DNA of 64,000 bases, taken from contig NC_058368.1 in the NCBI RefSeq assembly GCF_018350175.1, positions 167,154,001 to 167,218,000 on the forward strand. Reading direction: 5' to 3'. Numbering within the stretch: position 1 is the stretch's first letter; each line of letters begins with the position of its first letter. The translations under genes were made by a program, and so were the position numbers. Below the pieces are notes generated by a model that saw only the letters and a program-made list of their open reading frames with translations, made no database searches and was not told the origin of the DNA. Source of the stretch: Felis catus. Taxonomy: Eukaryota. Below are positions 1-13,580 of this stretch, piece by piece.

Positions 1-130
1 CAAGAAGCAGTGAGGAGGAAGCAAGGAGGATTGAGATTTGAAATGAAACCAATGTGTCTTGAGTTGGAGTGAGAAGATAAAGAGGAAATTGTTCAAGGAT
101 GACAGCTAGGATTTTGCTTTGGGGGAACAG
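1..130 (-). mobile_element. L2 LINE fragment (ancient)
   Basis: Purine-rich degenerate sequence with 'aaggatgacagctaggattttgctttggggaacag', resembling the antisense L2 body. Confidence 0.4.
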
Positions 131-2905
131 ATTTCATGACATTATTAAGCATCACGGAGAATTTAAGGGGAAAAGTAGAATTGCATTTATGGGGAGCACA
201 GGGAAGTCTAATAGAGGCTTCGCAGGAGACATTATTGAAAGAAAAACCATCAAGAACCCTATCTCCTGTTTTGTCTTTTTTACTAATTCTATATTTCCAC
301 ATGCACTTAGGAAATTCTTTCAGAAGTCCTCTTGATCATCTGTGTCCTCTTCTTCCAAATGTCACCCATCTTTTTTCCTGGGTTCTATATCTTTCAAAAA
401 TTGAACACTGAATTTTCTAGAAGAGAAAGCAGAGAAGCTTCTTTCTCGTGATAGTCTTTTACACCCTATAGGAAAATCTCAAAATAAGCATAAGATTTCT
501 TATATTATCCCCCCAAACAAACCAACAAACAAAAGATATGCTCCCACATTACCATGTTTCCAAGAAGTGTGGGCTCACTGGATTGCAAGACTATCCCCTG
601 AAGTGGAATCAAGCCTCCGAGAAGATCTACCCCACTAACCAAAAGTGGAACCAGAGACAATTTCTAACTCCCTTTTAGCTTTCTCTAGATCTGAAAGGGG
701 TTGGGACAGGAGGTGAAGGACAGTGTGACAGATGGGGGTCCTCTGTTTTCTTCTGTAGAAAGTTCTATAACCCCCATACCTATCCTTCATGCATCTCAGG
801 ACTCAACAGAGGTTCAGAATCTGCTAACAGGGATTTGTTATTTTGACTGAATTAAAGAGCTCAACCTTAATTGAAATATAAGAGTTAAGGTATGTACTTA
901 GCGCCGTGATTTTTTTTTCATGTGCTGATATAATGATGATGATGTAAGACCATCTGGAATAAAGACAGAAGTTACATCAAGCTGAAAATTATATTCCTAA
1001 GCCTTACTTATGATAACAGGTTCAAGCAAGTTCTCAATTCTCATTAGCAGTTCTTGATCTAACGAGGATTCTTTGGCTCATCAGCAAATGCCATGCTTCT
1101 TCCAAGTAGCTCACTCCCATTCCTCTCTGCTGAAGCCCCAGGCTCTCACACAGAGGGTTCCTAATGGCCTGCAGCCCAATCTTAAACTCGCCACATCTCT
1201 GCAGTATGTCATATTCCATCAGGAGCTACTGTGCAAATAACATATTTCCATTTTTAAAGTCTGAAAAATGTCACAAAAAGCTTTTGGCATTTACATGACT
1301 CAGACTTACACCCTCTAATTCTCTCTGCAGCTAATTTCTTATGTTCGATACATACCCACCACAGGAAACCAGGAATAACGATTACAGGAAAAGCTGAAGT
1401 TCGACAGCCCAGCCATTAGCATTCACAAATCTAAAGAGTAGGGATTTAAATGGCACTATCGACAGTTATTTCTTCTATAACGAAAATCAGGACTGTCAAC
1501 ATGTGAGACATTAAAAAATATTCAGTAATTTTAGTTATAGCCTGTAGGGTTTTTTTTTAATGCATTCCTGAGAACTAGCAAAAATCTACAAAGATGTGCA
1601 CCAAGAGGGCCTAATAGATCAGAGGAGTGAAATTATATTCAATGTGGGTAAAACAGCTTGCTGTATGTTCTCCAACTACTGATCTTATCTCTCATAATCA
1701 TGCCCCATGCTTCGTTTAATGTTGGACCACACTCACTATGAGAGGAAATTCACGCTTGCATTTTATGAGGCTCAGCATGCAAAATCCACATGCTATGTTT
1801 CCATTTCTTCTGTCTCACTTTACATAGATTGGGCTTTTATCTTTCTGCTGAATAACATTTGTTGTTTTATTTTCCACTGCTTAATATACCAGGGCTTACT
1901 AGAGGAAATGGGGAGACCAGTGGCAGGTCTATCTTAGCCCCAGGAAGAGATTCTAAAACACTCTGAAAATCTGCTCATTTGAATTTGGTTGCATTGTATG
2001 CATTACCCCACTGGAAGAAAATGTGCATGATTCATACCTGCTTGTTGCTGACATGTCCGATGTCAGGTAAAATGGCACAAGCTCCATAATAGTATCATGA
2101 TATGTTATGCATGCAGCATGCTAACACTGCATAACCACTTTTATTTTCTTTTAAAAGAACAGCTACAGTGTCACAGCTGTCTGCAAACTTAGATCTTTAA
2201 TTCATTGGTTGAATCTCACACAGCTGATTAATTAATTGTTACCAAGTTGCAGAACTAAATAAATAACTGGATTATGTCCCTAAAACCAATCAGCTAGCTA
2301 GACTTATCTACAGAACAATTAGCTAGTCTTCTACTGAGACCTATCCCTGCAAAACTAGAGCTGACCACAGTCATGGCAGATGCCTGTTACAGAGAAAGTG
2401 TCAGGGGTTTTTTTAAACTTTGTATATCTTCCTTGGTTGACATGTAGGATAGAGTTCTTGGTGTTAACCTTTACACTAGATTGTTAAATTAATGATCAAC
2501 ATATTTCCAAATTAATGTGAATTTTGTGATTGCAATCAGGTTCTAGTAAGGCAGTTTGGTAGAAGACTAAAACAGAAGACTCAGGACAGAAGGACTCAAG
2601 CAGATTTTCTCTAATGTGATGAGCAGACTAAACATCTTTGATATAAATAAATATATTATAAGTAACTGAGTGTATATTTATAATAAATACTAATTGAATG
2701 GAGTACTGCCAGATGGCTTTTCTATTCAAATTCATCCTGACTTGCTTCTGAAAAAATTTATAACCACTAGACTTTACAGAAGATGTTGCCTCAATATTAT
2801 CTGCTCATTTGAGGTATTGAAACCTTTACATAGCTGCCTAAATTAGAAGAAGCATTAAGGGAAATGTTAAAAGGTCACCCTGAAAAACAGTGAATATATC
2901 TCCAT

Positions 2906-3022
2906 CATATATATATATACACATACATGTGTATATGTATATACACATATATATACATGTGTATATATATATATATATATACACATGTGTATATATGCAT
3001 ATACACATGTATATATATATAT
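2906..3022. repeat. (TA)n/(TACACA/TGTGTA) alternating purine-pyrimidine microsatellite
   Basis: Directly visible. Confidence 0.95.
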
Positions 3023-3169
3023 AATTTATATTTTAAATCAGATTTTAGGATCAGAGAGAATTTAAGAACCTGTTTTACTCCAGTGGGCAGTGATTTAAGG
3101 GATACAACACTGAAATTTACCTGTCTGCCACTCCCTAACTCTTCAAAGAATAGTTTTCCCTTATTGGTT

Positions 3170-3620
3170 CACATTCATTTCTCATTTAATAAATATGTAC
3201 TGAATGTCTTCCATAGTTATGCCCCCTGCTAAGGGGCAAAGAGGCTTACTAAAATACTTAAGCCTTCAAGTAGCATTCTAAAATTCATTCACTGATCCAT
3301 TCATTCTCTTAGCAAATATTTACTGTTTATTATGAGGTAGATATTGTGTGATGATGCTGATAAAAAATAAAAAGAGGACTCTATCCATATGGACCTCACA
3401 GTGTAACTGGGGAGACTAACACAGCCACAAATATTTAGTATACACTCTGTTAAGTGCTAATTACAGTGTGTGCCACATGCCCTAGTGACATAATAAGAAA
3501 ATGGATTCATTCTACAAGGAAGGGAGATGGTGGAGAAATGGTTTGGAAGAAGAGAAGGGGCTTAGAAAGCATAGAGAGAGTCATTTAACCAAGGCCATCA
3601 AAAGTGAGTAGGTCCCAGGG
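3170..3620 (-). mobile_element. L2 3'-end fragments
   Basis: 'cattcatttctcatttaataaatatgtactgaatgtc' and 'cattcattctcttagcaaatatttactg...aggtagatattgtg' resemble the reverse complement of the L2 tail. Confidence 0.6.
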
Positions 3621-4345
3621 ACTAGAGGGCAGTATGGGCACAGAGCAAATGGAACATCACAATAAAGGGCAGAGGGTTGCGAGTGCTTTAGAGGAATATA
3701 GGTCCTCCAGTTTATTCCCCTCATTTGAAAGCAGAAGTTACAAACTTGTTACCTTCAAACCATTTTCAGCCCTGGACATGTTGTGCTTGACCTAGACGAT
3801 GTTTCATGGACAAAATGTAAACATGGGGAGAATTCACAAAAGTCCAGATTTCAAGCTTGAAAAAGTACATTTTGAGCAAATCTGGACCAGAATGTCTACG
3901 TAGAAATAATCTGCTAAAGACGTGCAAAGGCACCCCCATCCCCCACCACCCAACCAACTAGAAGCCTTTTAGCCTGCCTTTCAGTTTTACTGTAGCCCTC
4001 ACTAGGCCGGCTTCACTCATTAATGTTACTTGACAGGCCCTTGCTGGTGTTTTATTTGAGATGCCTAGTTTAAGGTTTTAATACTTCTGAAAAGGCAGTG
4101 GACTCTGGGAGGGAAAAAAAATGGAATGTAGCTCTGAACTGTTAATCAGTTACTTGTCATTAATTCTTCAGGTGTAAATGAAGGTTTGGAAAGCAACCTA
4201 AAATAGAGAGATGGAAAACAGGGCACAAGGTCATTAAGCATTAGAGTGGTTGGTTTTGTAAAGAATTTGGTGGACTTAGAATAAAGGAAGCAGAACTTCA
4301 CAATTTCATACTTTTACCATGGTTAATCAAAAAATATTTACTTCA

Positions 4346-4499
4346 GGGGCGCCTGCATGGCTCAGTAGGTTAAGGCACCAACTTCAGCCCAGGTCATGAT
4401 CTCACAGTTCATGGGTTCAAGCCCTGCATCAGGCTCTGTGCTGACAGCTCAGAGCCTGGAGCCTGCTTCAGATTCTGTGTCTCCCTCTGTCTCTTGGTG

Positions 4500-4541
<42 letters not shown>

Positions 4542-4575
4542 AAAAATAAATAAAACCTTAAAATTTTTTTAAAAA
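4346..4575 (+). mobile_element. Can-SINE (SINEC_Fc type)
   Basis: 'ggggcgcctgcatggctcag' head, 'ctgacagctcagagcctggagcctgcttcagattctgtgtctccc', (GTCT)n(CT)n, 'aaaaataaataaa' tail; partial TSD ...acttca. Confidence 0.97.
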
Positions 4576-7500
4576 TCCACTTCAAACTAAGAACCACTGT
4601 GAGAATTAGAGTCAAAACACTGACCTTTTTTCTTAATTCTGACTATGCTTATTTATTTCTAGTGACCCTGTTTGCAAGCCTGTAATTTTTAATAGTTAAA
4701 ATTCTAAGTCTCTCTCAGGGATCTCCTGAAAAGTTATTGGCCCTGTGCCCACTCACTGAATTCTAGCTATGGACGTTATCCCCAGGTAATTAAAATGTTC
4801 ACTTACAGGAAAAAAAAAAAAAAAGTATCACATAGCATTGTTAACCTTCTTCTCAGATAACGTACTCAGTGTCAGAATTATCTGTACTGCCTTGGGGCTT
4901 TTTTGAAGAGTGAATATCTTTGCACACACTGTCAGCATACACCATGTAGGAATAATTATCATCATTAACCTGAGTCTTATTAAGCTGCCTGCTTATTAAT
5001 ATGTATTGCCATTCACCATAAGTGCTAAGTTGTGGCAGAAAAACAAAAGAGATAGCTGAATAAAGATGGCATTCCAGTCTTCAGCAACATTATTAAAATA
5101 TTTAGAAAGGGAATCTAATGAGTTTGCCTTTTTTCTCAAAAGACGCAAATCCCAAATTCTCCTAACTTTGAAAGAACATGTCAGCTAAATAAAATCATAT
5201 AATATATAAGAGGAAGAAAGATCAGTGCTTGGAAAGAACCAGACAGCATGTATCATCCATTCACCAAAGACAATGAATAAAATCAATGATTTGATCAAAA
5301 TACTTATGAATTACTGAATTCCACATTCCAATTGTGACATTTGGAAGCCATGTGCTTAGAATGCACAAATCAAAAGCAGATGAAACATTTGCACTAGTTT
5401 TCTATCAGTCCTTTAAAGAGTTCCCAAACTCTAGGAGGCAACTTCTAGAGAGGAAATTGTTGGCCTTATTAAGTGTAAAGAATTACTGCCAAAAAGTCAG
5501 GGCTGTGGAGTAGGATGGATGGTGTACTTCCTGGGTGTCAACAACCAGATTTCAAAGAAAAAGTTATACTTGACCTCCGTAGACTACCTTGTCTTTCCAC
5601 TTATAGCTTCCGAGTATGCATTTGGAAGTACCAACTCTCATCTTAAAATTGTGATGAACCTCACTTTTCCATTGTATCTCCCAAGAAGGAGTGAATGAGG
5701 ACAACTAAATGATCTGATGAAGATGTAGCTTCTTCCCTTCATGAACCTACCACACTTTACCCTCACCCCCATCCCGGCCTTGTATAGCCCCGCTCCCTAC
5801 CTACATACATCTATGTTTGTTCTGGATTCAGTTACTAGGGTGGACCTGGGTTCCATAGAGCCTGAACTATGTATAATTTGGGTAGTTCACTTTCAGAAAA
5901 ATGTTACCATATTATTTATACAAAATTAGGTATGAGCATGAATGTTTATTTAGAATGAGAAAAGAAATCATAGCAAAAGCAAATCTAAAAAATCTGAAAA
6001 ATACTGCAAACATTATAAAATTCAGAAAATAATACAGAAGACTTTTATTTAATAAACTTCCTGACACACTCTGTAATTCTTTTCTTCCATTTTTGGCTGC
6101 ATATTCTTTGATCACCTCTTCACATAAGAACAAATTTGTAATTGTTTTCTATAAAAAGAATAATAGATAATTCAGTCTTCTTAACATAGTTGATCACATT
6201 TGTTTTTTAGTAGTGGTAGTGAGATGCCTAAAACATGAAATGTCAACACAGACATAATTACCATTTGTAAATCTGCTAGAAGTTTATGTCCTATAACAAA
6301 AATTCTGATTAATTCCATTTTGTAAAATTCCCATCAAAAAATAAAATAATGTAGGGTACATTTGAATTTCAGAAGATACATTACTGAGTATATTCATGAT
6401 GGGCAAGAACTTCTATTTTGACTGAGTGTTGTTGTTAAACACTCCTCCCCTTGTAATTTTGGACTCCTCCCCTTGTAATTTTAAACACCTGATGACTGGA
6501 AATGCTTTCTACAAACAAGCTTCTGGAATGATATACTTTGGACTTTGTTTCTCATCCTCCACCTATGTATTTCTGGTGCTGAAAGACACATTCATGTCAT
6601 GATAAGACCTGTGGCCCTACACCTTTGAGGGAATCAGCCTAACAGATATTGAGACTCTTCCAACTATACCCAGGCACCTAGTAATTTAACTAACAGAGAG
6701 AAGATTGAAACCACGTAAATGTGCACTACTAAATCCAAGTTTAGTGTATCCACAATTCAGCTTGCACTTGACCTGCTTTGAGATAGCATTCCAGAACTAT
6801 CTGAAAGAAAAGAAGTGAATAAAGAAAATTGACAGTAGACAGATATCCTACCTTATTTTAGCCAACTTTATCAAACTGTATGACCCTGTGGACATGTTGC
6901 CAGGGCCTCTGCTATTACCTTAGAAGTAACAAGGTTCATTAGCTTCAAAGTAGAGTCCTTCTGCGCAGCTTAAAGGTTGGGTAGAATTTTTATCTCTTGA
7001 AATTCCATGACTTAAGGCCTACATATATGTGTATAGAAATGTGAAGACTTCAAATTAAAAGAAAATAAATAATTTAGTAAATTCCCATGGAGAATATACT
7101 TAATTGAGCAGTTAAAATGAAGCCATAAAATCTATAAAAGAAGGGGATGAAATTAGCATCCAGTGACCCTAGAAACTCAGGATCAGATCCAATTTATTGG
7201 CACTTAGCCACTATTTCTTGTGTTTGATTTTTTTTTTTTTAATAATTATCTCCATGCTTTTAAATCATTTGCTCACATGTAATCTCGGTCTCTGCCTCCT
7301 GGATTTCTACATGCATCCCTCACTGTAACAGTTTAAAAACAAAATACATAATTCCTCCACTAAGCTAGTAAAGAATGAACCAAAGGCATAACATTAAAAA
7401 AAAGAAAGCTCCCACTCTGCTGGTTATTTGGAAAAAGCTGAAAGATTCTCTCTTCCTCAGAAGAGGGAGGAGAGGCTGGACGGGTGAGACCAACTGCCCA

Positions 7501-8174
7501 CCTTGCTTCTCCTCTATGGCACATCTTTCCCAAACTCCTTGTCTTTCTTTTCTGTTTTCGTGGCCACCACTTCAGTCTTGGCTCTTCTTACTTACTACAA
7601 CAGTAAGTTGTAAGTACTTCTTACTTACTACAACAGTAGTTAAATAGCTGATCCCTCTTGACTGTGTTATCCAATTAACATAAGACTATTTCCAAGCCAA
7701 ATAGAACTTTAATGATTTAAAACTTGGAGGCTTTACTTATTTAGACCCTTGAAGTCATTGCTGTAACTAATCAGGTTTATCAACATTGAGTAGCTGATGT
7801 GTGAATTGCACAAGGCAGGGCTGCATCACAACAGCATTTTACTTCCACACACTTAACTTTTTTATATTCAGCTGCAAGTCTTTCAACATTTCCATGAATG
7901 ATCATGCTGGAAGGACAAGGATGGGAGAGAGGGGAGGGTCTCTCTAAAGAAACACTTTATGTAAGAGATATAAACGCTTAGGCAAACAATCTGTATATTT
8001 GATAAGGATTTATTTAATAGCATTGACATGATCCAAGTAGACTAAATCTATTTTTTTCCCACATCTTGGAAGTATCATAATTCCCACATTTCATCTGGGA
8101 AATCAAGATAATTACAGAGATGCATATCTAAGGTTAATATAAGCAAATCTGTAGCCCCACTCTAAATAATTGAA

Positions 8175-8245
8175 AGGAAGAAAGGAAGAAAGAAAAAGGA
8201 GAAAGGGAGGGAGAGAGGAAAAGAGGAAGATGGGGAAAGAAGAAA
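8175..8245. repeat. Purine-rich low-complexity tract
   Basis: gaaaggaagaaaggaagaaagaaaaaggagaaagggaggg... Confidence 0.85.
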
Positions 8246-8415
8246 TCAATGAAAATGTAACAGCGAAGGCATTCCCAAATCGGATCAGATGAAAACATGA
8301 ATCTTAAAGATCGCCTTCCCAGGGAAAACCCAATTCCAGAAAAAGTGTCTCCAGAGCATTTGAATTACTAATAACATTCTGACTAGTCTTTGAAATAGGG
8401 AAAGCCATCAGATTT

Positions 8416-8480
8416 ACATATATGTATATATATATATACATATATATGTATATGTATATATATATGTATATATAATATAT
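8416..8480. repeat. (TA)n/(TATG) microsatellite
   Basis: Directly visible. Confidence 0.95.
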
Positions 8481-8579
8481 CTTCAGTTTTTGAAAGGTTG
8501 TGTATCTTTGTGAGACATTTTGTTATAAAGAAATGATTTGGCTCATTTCTATAAGAATTTGACATACAACAACTTATTT

Positions 8580-8811
8580 ATTTTTTATTTAAAAAAAATT
8601 TTTTTAAACATTTATTTAATTTTGAGAGACAGAGAGAAACAGAGAACGAGCAGGGGAGGGGCAGAGAGAGAGGGAGACACAGAATCTGAAGCAGGCTCCA
8701 GGCATTGAGCTGTCAACACAGAGCCTGATACTGGGCTCTAACCCATGAACCATGAGATCATGACCTGAGCTGAAGTTAGACGCTTAACTGACTGAGCTGC
8801 CCAGGCGCCCC
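8580..8811 (-). mobile_element. Can-SINE (SINEC_Fc type)
   Basis: Reverse-complement SINE ending 'ccaggcgcccc'; TSD acaacttattt at 8569-8579 and 8812-8822. Confidence 0.97.
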
Positions 8812-9119
8812 ACAACTTATTTCTCATATATCTTATTCTGCATAGGAAATTTGCAATAGCAGATTTCTACTATATCTGACTGATGTCAAAATATCTGAGT
8901 AATTCAGTAAATAACCTGAATGTGAATGAAGTTAAATATAAAAACTAAAAATTATTGCAATTATCACCTTACCCAAAGTATACAAGATTATTACTAAGCC
9001 AAAAGAAATATTTAAAAAGCCAAAAACCTCAAGTTATTTAATCTAACTTCACATAACCAATTCTTCAGTTAGATATTTTGGTGTTAACTTAGAATTTCCA
9101 AGAACTAGGTATGAGACAC

Positions 9120-9290
9120 ATTCACTAATCTTTCATTCATTTACATTTTCAACATATCAAATTCACATTTTATTTATTCAGAATGTTTAAGCACCTACTA
9201 TATGACCAGCATTGTTCTAGGACGGGGCTGAATTAACGGTGAACAAAACTGACAAAATTCTCAGCCCTCATGATCATACATTCTACCAAA
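9120..9290 (-). mobile_element. L2 3' end
   Basis: 'tttatttattcagaatgtttaagcacctactatatgaccagcattgttctagg...gtgaacaaaactgacaaaattctcagccctcatg'. Confidence 0.75.
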
Positions 9291-12200
9291 GTATTCTAAA
9301 TTGTATCATTGAGAATTTTACTTCCAAAAATAGGAAGCATTTTGAACATCATGCCTTTTGTAGTAATAGACATTGGATGCAAAAAATCTTGAAGCAGTGC
9401 TTTTGTTTGCCAAACCTATGTGAAGGACATGTGAATAATTTTAAGCGTTTCCTGACCAATGTAAAAGAAGGAAAATGTGTTTTTTTCAAGAGTAATACAA
9501 GATTTTCTAAGGTAATTTTGGCAATATGTAATATTCCAATTTTTTGTTTTAGCCGTTTACTGAAATACCTAATCCTTTAGGGAAGATTATGCCGTCTTGT
9601 AACTTTGGTACTATAGATAAGGAGTTGAGATTACAAGCTCTTCCAAAGTGAGCTAGTTAGGTATTGGGAAAATAGTTCTCATTGTTTTAAAAGATCAACA
9701 TACTATTTTAGAAAGAGTACTAAAAGTGTAGAACATGAGACCCAGGTTTAAGTTCCAGTATAGACACTAAGTGACCGTTCACAGTATGATTTCTGTGCTT
9801 CTGATACGTGTTAGTTTAGATTATGTATTTTAGCAAACATTTAAACTCAATTGAGTACATTTAAATATTTTCAACAACTTGATTTATCTTTGTGAAAAAC
9901 CTCTTGAAATGCAAGTGCATAGTTTGTGCATCACCTGCAAGTAGTTTTAATAGTTAGTATCCCAAGTGCTTGAGATACACTGTGAATTTTACATTTAAAC
10001 TGGCCTTCATTTGCATGTGCTCCATAATAAAATTTATATAATTGCTTCATAAAAAATACCTTATATTATTATTCACCTCCAATATCCAAAGAATATTCAT
10101 AGATGCAATTTAGTAGCTATCCTTTGAGTAGTTGAAAATTAGATTTGTTTCATCCTTGTAATACTGTATAACATAGCAACCACTGGAGATTTTAAAGCTA
10201 AACTTAGAGGGAAATTTTCAAAATTCTCAATTTTTAAAATTCCTGACAGACATCACTTATATAATATTGAATATTGGCAAGAAGAGTCCTAGGAAATCCA
10301 TGCAGAAACAAGTCCAGGTGTGTAAGCTCATGAAATACACACTAGATTTAATATTTTATCCAGGGTTGTTTAAGGGTGTCTCATTTAATATTAATGAAAC
10401 CATAATATCTTCATGTTCCATTTCCCCATCTAGAAGAGGACTAAAATTTTACGTATCCCCAAGAAATTGGCACTGATAAGTGAGAAAATCACCCAAGGCT
10501 CCCAAGGCAAACATTATACCCTGGAAATAAATTAGGCACATCTGGAAGCAACATTAAAACTCTTTTAGGCCACTTGGGTACAGCTGTAATCATTTGTTAG
10601 TAAACGATACTCTAGCAGCATAGATGAATGCACTTTTAAGAACCCATTTTACTCCCAAAGAGAAACTAAAACCTTAGGAGATTCCCACTGAATATTCAAA
10701 ATATAATGAAATTTAAATCACATTTGGAATAGATCTGCTTTCTTTTCACTTTCCAGTTCTGTATTGATACATTGTTTTTGTTGTTGTTGTTGTTCATCAT
10801 TTCTCTTGAATTATCCTCAGAAGTCAGGAGATTAATCTCCGTTTTCATACCCTTTAATACTCAGCACCAGAAGCTGTATGAACTCTACTGCTTTCCACTG
10901 CTGTTGGTTTTGTGGTGTATTTAGGTAATCTGAGCCATTCTCAGATTCCTTTTTTTAATATTTTAGATTGTTTCCACTGCTAATATTTCAGGCTCTCCAT
11001 TTGAAGCCAGAGGATGCCCACTTAATTTGTAACAATTTTAAAAATAATAACTGGACAGACAAGTGAGTCACATCATTGAAATTAGTTTCAGTTACTGACA
11101 AATGGACTGCTACAGACATGGGGAAGATGTCTGGGCAGTTTCCTGTTGCTGCAGTGTTCTGTAGCAGAAAGAATCCTGAGTTACTATGAAATTTATCAGA
11201 AAAGGAAAGGACTGGGGAGGCAAAATAGATCCAATTTCAGAACACTAGTACTTTGAAACCACTTCCAGCTTATCCTTAGGTTTTTCTGCAGTTTTTACTT
11301 GGTCGTATTACCAAACATAATACAGATAAAAGGACAAATAAATAATCCCAGCAAAGATATTTCAACTCTGAATGAGACCAGTAATGACTTCTTTTTTTTT
11401 TAATGTCAAGTTATTTGATAGAGTTAATGTGGAATGCCACTTTTTACGAACACTCTTTATCAAAGCATATATTATTAAGTTTGTTTTTAATACTTCATGT
11501 AGAAAAATAATGATAATTAGCTATGGAAAATTATTACCTGTTTCAGAGTGCCCATTGCTGCTGTTATCTTCTGCTTGTCACTGGACTTTTAACTGAAAAA
11601 CATTTTTATGCCCTGTGAGTGACAGTTTTTAAATTAACAACACCTCACATTATTCAGAAGAGAGTACGAAAGAGAAACACACCAGCATGCTTCTCACTGG
11701 GAAGTTGGACCATGTTGTCATTCAAGAGGGAGAACTGTGGAACTTGCATGCCCTATAGGCCTCAAGAAATATGCTATTTCTCACTTTCTAGGCCTTCACT
11801 GCTATAACTCACAGCTTAATGCAAGACACTCACAGGCTTCTACACATGAAATTTGGCACAGTATCCTAAAATATTGAATTTGTCTATTTTGTGCTGTCAA
11901 CCTGCTGAAGACCAAAATTCCTATCAGAGCCCAAAAATATAAAGGGTAGCAATATATTTTTTCCTTTAACTTTCATGACTTCGGCCTCTGACAGAAGCCT
12001 TAATTTATTATAACTACTACAAGGGGCTACATTTTAGCATCAAGTACTGTAAGTCAGCTCCAGACACACAAGCCTGCCAACTCTAATTCATTTGGAATGA
12101 GGTGAGATTCAATCATTTATTTTCCCACTGAGAAGATTTGTGTTGCCTTTTAAAGTGAAAGAACTCAACATACCTTCCGAAGCTGTTCAGGATTCACTGA

Positions 12201-12611
12201 AATTTTGTTGACAATCATGCTTTTAGGAATAAGTGAATATGGCATGGACTAGAATAATCAGATGTTAAAGCCAGAAATTATCGTTCATTCCTCTGACATG
12301 TACCTCTGACCCAGTCAATGACCTAGAAAAACTGACCATGTAGAAGTGTCAACCTACAGTCTCCTAGGAGAGAAAAAAGTATGCTGGGGAGATGGAGTTG
12401 ATCAAAAATGAGAGTCAAGGATACAATGAAAAACAAAAGTGTTAAGAATTATGGACTAAAGAAATATTACGGATTTTCCTAAAATATTTAGATCACCAAA
12501 GTATTATTTAAAGGTGATATTTTCATTAAGAAAAGTCATATTAAAATTAAAATAACTGTTGAGCTCCTAGAAAATTCAAAGTAAAGCTCTATACTAAGAT
12601 GTGAATAGACT

Positions 12612-12831
12612 GGGGCGCCTGGGTGGCTCAGTCGGTTGGGCGGTTGACTTCGGCTCAGGTCATGATCTCGCGGTCCATGAGTTTGAGCCCCGCGTCGGGC
12701 TCTGTGCTGACAGCTCGGAGCCTGGAGCCTGTTTCAGATTCTGTGTCTCCCTCTCTCTGACCCTCCCCCGTTCATGCTCTGTCTCTCTCTGTCTCAAAAA
12801 TAAATAAACGTTAAAAAAATTTTTTTTTAAA
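12612..12831 (+). mobile_element. Young Can-SINE (SINEC_Fc)
   Basis: Near-consensus with CpGs retained (gccccgcgtcgggc); TSD aagatgtgaataga at 12596-12609 and 12832-12845. Confidence 0.98.
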
Positions 12832-13219
12832 AAGATGTGAATAGAAGTGTTTATAATATAACAGAAGAAAACATGAAACACAAAATAACCAACGTTCTAA
12901 ACAATAATAGAAAATAGTCATAAAATCATGTATAATTTATAAATGAATTCTGTAGTCAATAAGTGGAAGAGACTGGGAAAGAAAATACAACTATAACATG
13001 TGAGAAGGAAAAGATCTTTAGGATTTGAGAAAAAGAGTAAAATACATATATAATCTTGGTGAATTCCTTTGAAAATAAATGTTCCCAATGTTCAGAGACA
13101 AAAGCACTTTCATCTTTGTCTTTCAGAAGGGTTGAAAACTAAGCTACAAAAGCAAGTATTTTTTATTAGAAAAAATCATTGAGATCAAATTGCTAGCAAA
13201 ATATACAAATAGAAAACAA

Positions 13220-13580
13220 ATAACTTACAAACACAGATGCAAAAATCCTAAATAAAACATTAGCAAAATGAATCCTCCAATTAAAAAAAATACATAACTT
13301 AGCCAGACTTATTCCGGGTGTTCAGGGATGATTTAATATAAAAGTGTTTTATTATGATTTTCTCATATTCGCAACCTAAATTTGAAGACCATATGTTTAT
13401 CTCAACTGATATGGAAAAGCATTTTATAAAATTCAGTTCTCATTCATGAGAAACCTCTCAACAATAATGGAGATGGAACATTTCTAATCTGATAAAGTAT
13501 AGCAACAAAACTTGCAACAAATATTATATTTAATTGTGAAGCTTAAGCCAATTTCTGCTAAATTCAGGAGTAAGAATGCC
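13220..13580 (+). mobile_element. Old L1 (L1ME-like) ORF2 RT-region fragment
   Basis: 'acagatgcaaaaatcctaaataaaacattagcaaa' (DAKILNKILA-like) and 'atctcaactgatatggaaaagcattttataaaattca' (ISIDAEKAFDKI-like); heavily decayed. Confidence 0.8.

Noticed and set aside
927..995. C/D-box snoRNA-like arrangement (ATGATGA...CTGA, flanking atataa/ttatat, internal 8-bp stem)
   Set aside because: Only about 53 nt from C to D box, the C box is part of an (ATG)n run, and I see no recognisable rRNA guide. snoscan/Infernal would be needed.
12612..12700. tRNA-like A/B boxes
   Set aside because: These are the tRNA-derived heads of Can-SINEs, not tRNA genes.
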